A stretch of DNA of 64,000 nt, from IMG/VR virus record IMGVR_UViG_3300031992_004563, positions 128,001 through 192,000 of that record. One strand, written 5' to 3'. The notes beneath the pieces were generated by a model that did not search any database, was not told the DNA's origin, and was given only the letters and a program-made list of their open reading frames with translations. Positions within the stretch are counted from its first letter, which is position 1. Each line of letters starts with the position of its first letter. Of the stretch, positions 62,412 to 64,000 are shown piece by piece. The DNA comes from a virus (Duplodnaviria > Heunggongvirae > Uroviricota > Caudoviricetes). A program made the position numbers and the translations under genes.

Positions 62412-63692
62412 TTAATTATCAAAGTAGTTTTTTGATAAATCAATAGTCTTTTTGTGAATAACACGTTGGTCTGTTTCTGATACTTTGCCATCATTAAATG
62501 CACCAGCAATGATAACTTTACCATTTTCATCATAGGTTGGTTTATAATTTCCGGTTAAATATCCAGTTACACGTCTTAGACGACTTACTTTTGGACTACC
62601 ACATTTAGGACAAACACCAGGAATATAGCCTTGATAACCACAATCTTCACACATATCACCAGCGTTATTTAAATTAACTGCGAAATATGGAATATCATGA
62701 TCCATTGCATAATCTACAATTTCTTCTAATGCTTCAAGATTATGAATAACTGCACCATCAACTTCTACATAAGTGATGCAACCAGCATTAGAATAACCTG
62801 TTAATTGTGATTCAATATCAATTTTTTCAAATGGTGTAAGATGCTTATATACTGGGACATGTACACTATTAGTGAAATAATCACGTTCTTGTCTAATACC
62901 ATTCTCATCAATATAATATGTGACATTTTCCATATCACCATATTTGTCTTTCCATTTCTTAAATGCTGTATGACATAAAGATTCAGCAGGTGTATAATAT
63001 ACACCAAAATTCATTTTATATTCTTTCTTAAATTCAGCAGTCAAATCATTATACATTTGCTCAATTTCTTTAGCCACTTTCATTCCTCTTTCTTCGCATT
63101 GATCACATCCAATTAAAATTTGTAATGCTTCTGCCAAACCAAGTTGTCCAATAACAATAGTTCCATGTTTCAATGCTGAGCGAATTCCTTCTTCTTCATG
63201 ATAACCCGCCATCGTGTGGTTTTCATACATAAATCTTGCAGATTTCGGAGATTGGCTTGCAATGTGTGCAAATCTTTCAAGCAATTCATCTTTACACATT
63301 CTAATGTGTTTTTCAAGAAGAACTTTAAATGCATCAACTAATCTTCTTTCATCATCAGATAATTCGGTTCTTTTAACAATAGAAGCAGTATTACATGGCA
63401 TTGGGCCTGGATATTGTTCACGTAGTTTTTTATCATCTTCAACCATTTTATCTATAATAGCCAATTGCTCTTGAGTTAATTTACTACGTAATTCATTTCT
63501 TACATTTTCACGAGCTTCCATAGCGAGAGTTGGAAGAATCACAGTAATAGGGGCAATATTTCCGCGTCCGTCTTTTTGAATACCAGAAACCATATCATCA
63601 GAAACATCATGAAGTCTATCATCAATTACTGCTTGTATATTGCGTTTGTACTCATCCATGAAATTGACGTCGTAACCATTAACTGTTCTACA
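62412..63692 (-). CDS. nrdD: Anaerobic ribonucleotide reductase NrdD, 3' exon
   Basis: Begins CRT; GRGNI, YYTPAESL, YFTNS, CxxC..CPKC, RRVTGYL glycyl-radical loop. Confidence 0.95.
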   Translation of the reverse strand, partial: CRTVNGYDVNFMDEYKRNIQAVIDDRLHDVSDDMVSGIQKDGRGNIAPITVILPTLAMEARENVRNELRSKLTQEQLAIIDKMVEDDKKLREQYPGPMPCNTASIVKRTELSDDERRLVDAFKVLLEKHIRMCKDELLERFAHIASQSPKSARFMYENHTMAGYHEEEGIRSALKHGTIVIGQLGLAEALQILIGCDQCEERGMKVAKEIEQMYNDLTAEFKKEYKMNFGVYYTPAESLCHTAFKKWKDKYGDMENVTYYIDENGIRQERDYFTNSVHVPVYKHLTPFEKIDIESQLTGYSNAGCITYVEVDGAVIHNLEALEEIVDYAMDHDIPYFAVNLNNAGDMCEDCGYQGYIPGVCPKCGSPKVSRLRRVTGYLTGNYKPTYDENGKVIIAGAFNDGKVSETDQRVIHKKTIDLSKNYFDN

Positions 63693-63956
63693 CGTTTTAC
63701 CTAATGTTACCATTAGCACTGACTATATCTTCAACTTAAAGTTGTCTTCCGCTTCGAATTGGTGCTTATCTCCAATCCTACTCCCTTACATTCATCAGGG
63801 ATAGTCGATACACCTTCTCTAATTGAGCTTGGCACGGCTTCATCCAATATTCTATATATAACAGTTTAAACTATATAGGGACCTGGCCGTTAGCTTGATT
63901 TCTCAAACACCCATAAGCATGGTTCAAAAGATTTTACATGAGCTGCATTTTCACTT
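63693..63956 (-). ncRNA. Group I self-splicing intron (264 nt, no ORF) in nrdD
   Basis: 5' exon ends in U, intron ends in G; P7 pair GACUA / AAGAUAUAGUC; IGS GCUCAU pairs with exon AUGGGU; splicing restores MG-CRT. Confidence 0.92.
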
Positions 63957-64000
63957 ACCCATGGTTGAAAAGGCTTCAACCGGCCGTTCATTTCGTGTTA
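63957..64000 (-). CDS. nrdD: NrdD upstream exon (partial)
   Basis: TRNERPVEAFSTMG, in frame with CRT after intron removal. Confidence 0.9.

Noticed and set aside
63693-63719. NrdD start MLMVTLGKT, or an intein
   Set aside because: This is the 3' end of a group I intron; no intein motifs
1-64000. Suppressor tRNA or other tRNA/rRNA genes
   Set aside because: No cloverleaf or rRNA-like sequence recognised by eye; a tRNAscan run would be needed to exclude them fully

Overview
Very AT-rich, gene-dense segment of a large lytic phage of a Bacteroidetes host, most similar in character to Lak-type Prevotella megaphages (inference). There are no Shine-Dalgarno sites, and it carries Bacteroidetes-type TAnnTTTG promoters and T4-like genes. 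TAG is recoded to Gln (genetic code 15), so the supplied ORF track fragments or misses many genes; coordinates below are re-read with TAG=Q. Content from left to right: a paralog array around telA; a glycosyltransferase; a sigma54-type promoter with dnaK; a late-gene island (DGR-type variable protein, DUF285 protein, tail fibre, capsid-like mini protein); an IS607-derived HTH+TnpB unit; dnaJ; about 22 kb of small early/middle genes (metallophosphatase, NDT, 2H phosphoesterase, HAD, PNK); a T4 beta-glucosyltransferase homolog; tk; a virion/tail block; several proteins sharing an N-terminal leader; a Type IIG-like restriction-modification enzyme; nrdG; and nrdD split by a 264-nt group I intron just before the catalytic Cys. 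Three promoter classes are visible. All family assignments come from motif recognition by eye; no database searches were run.
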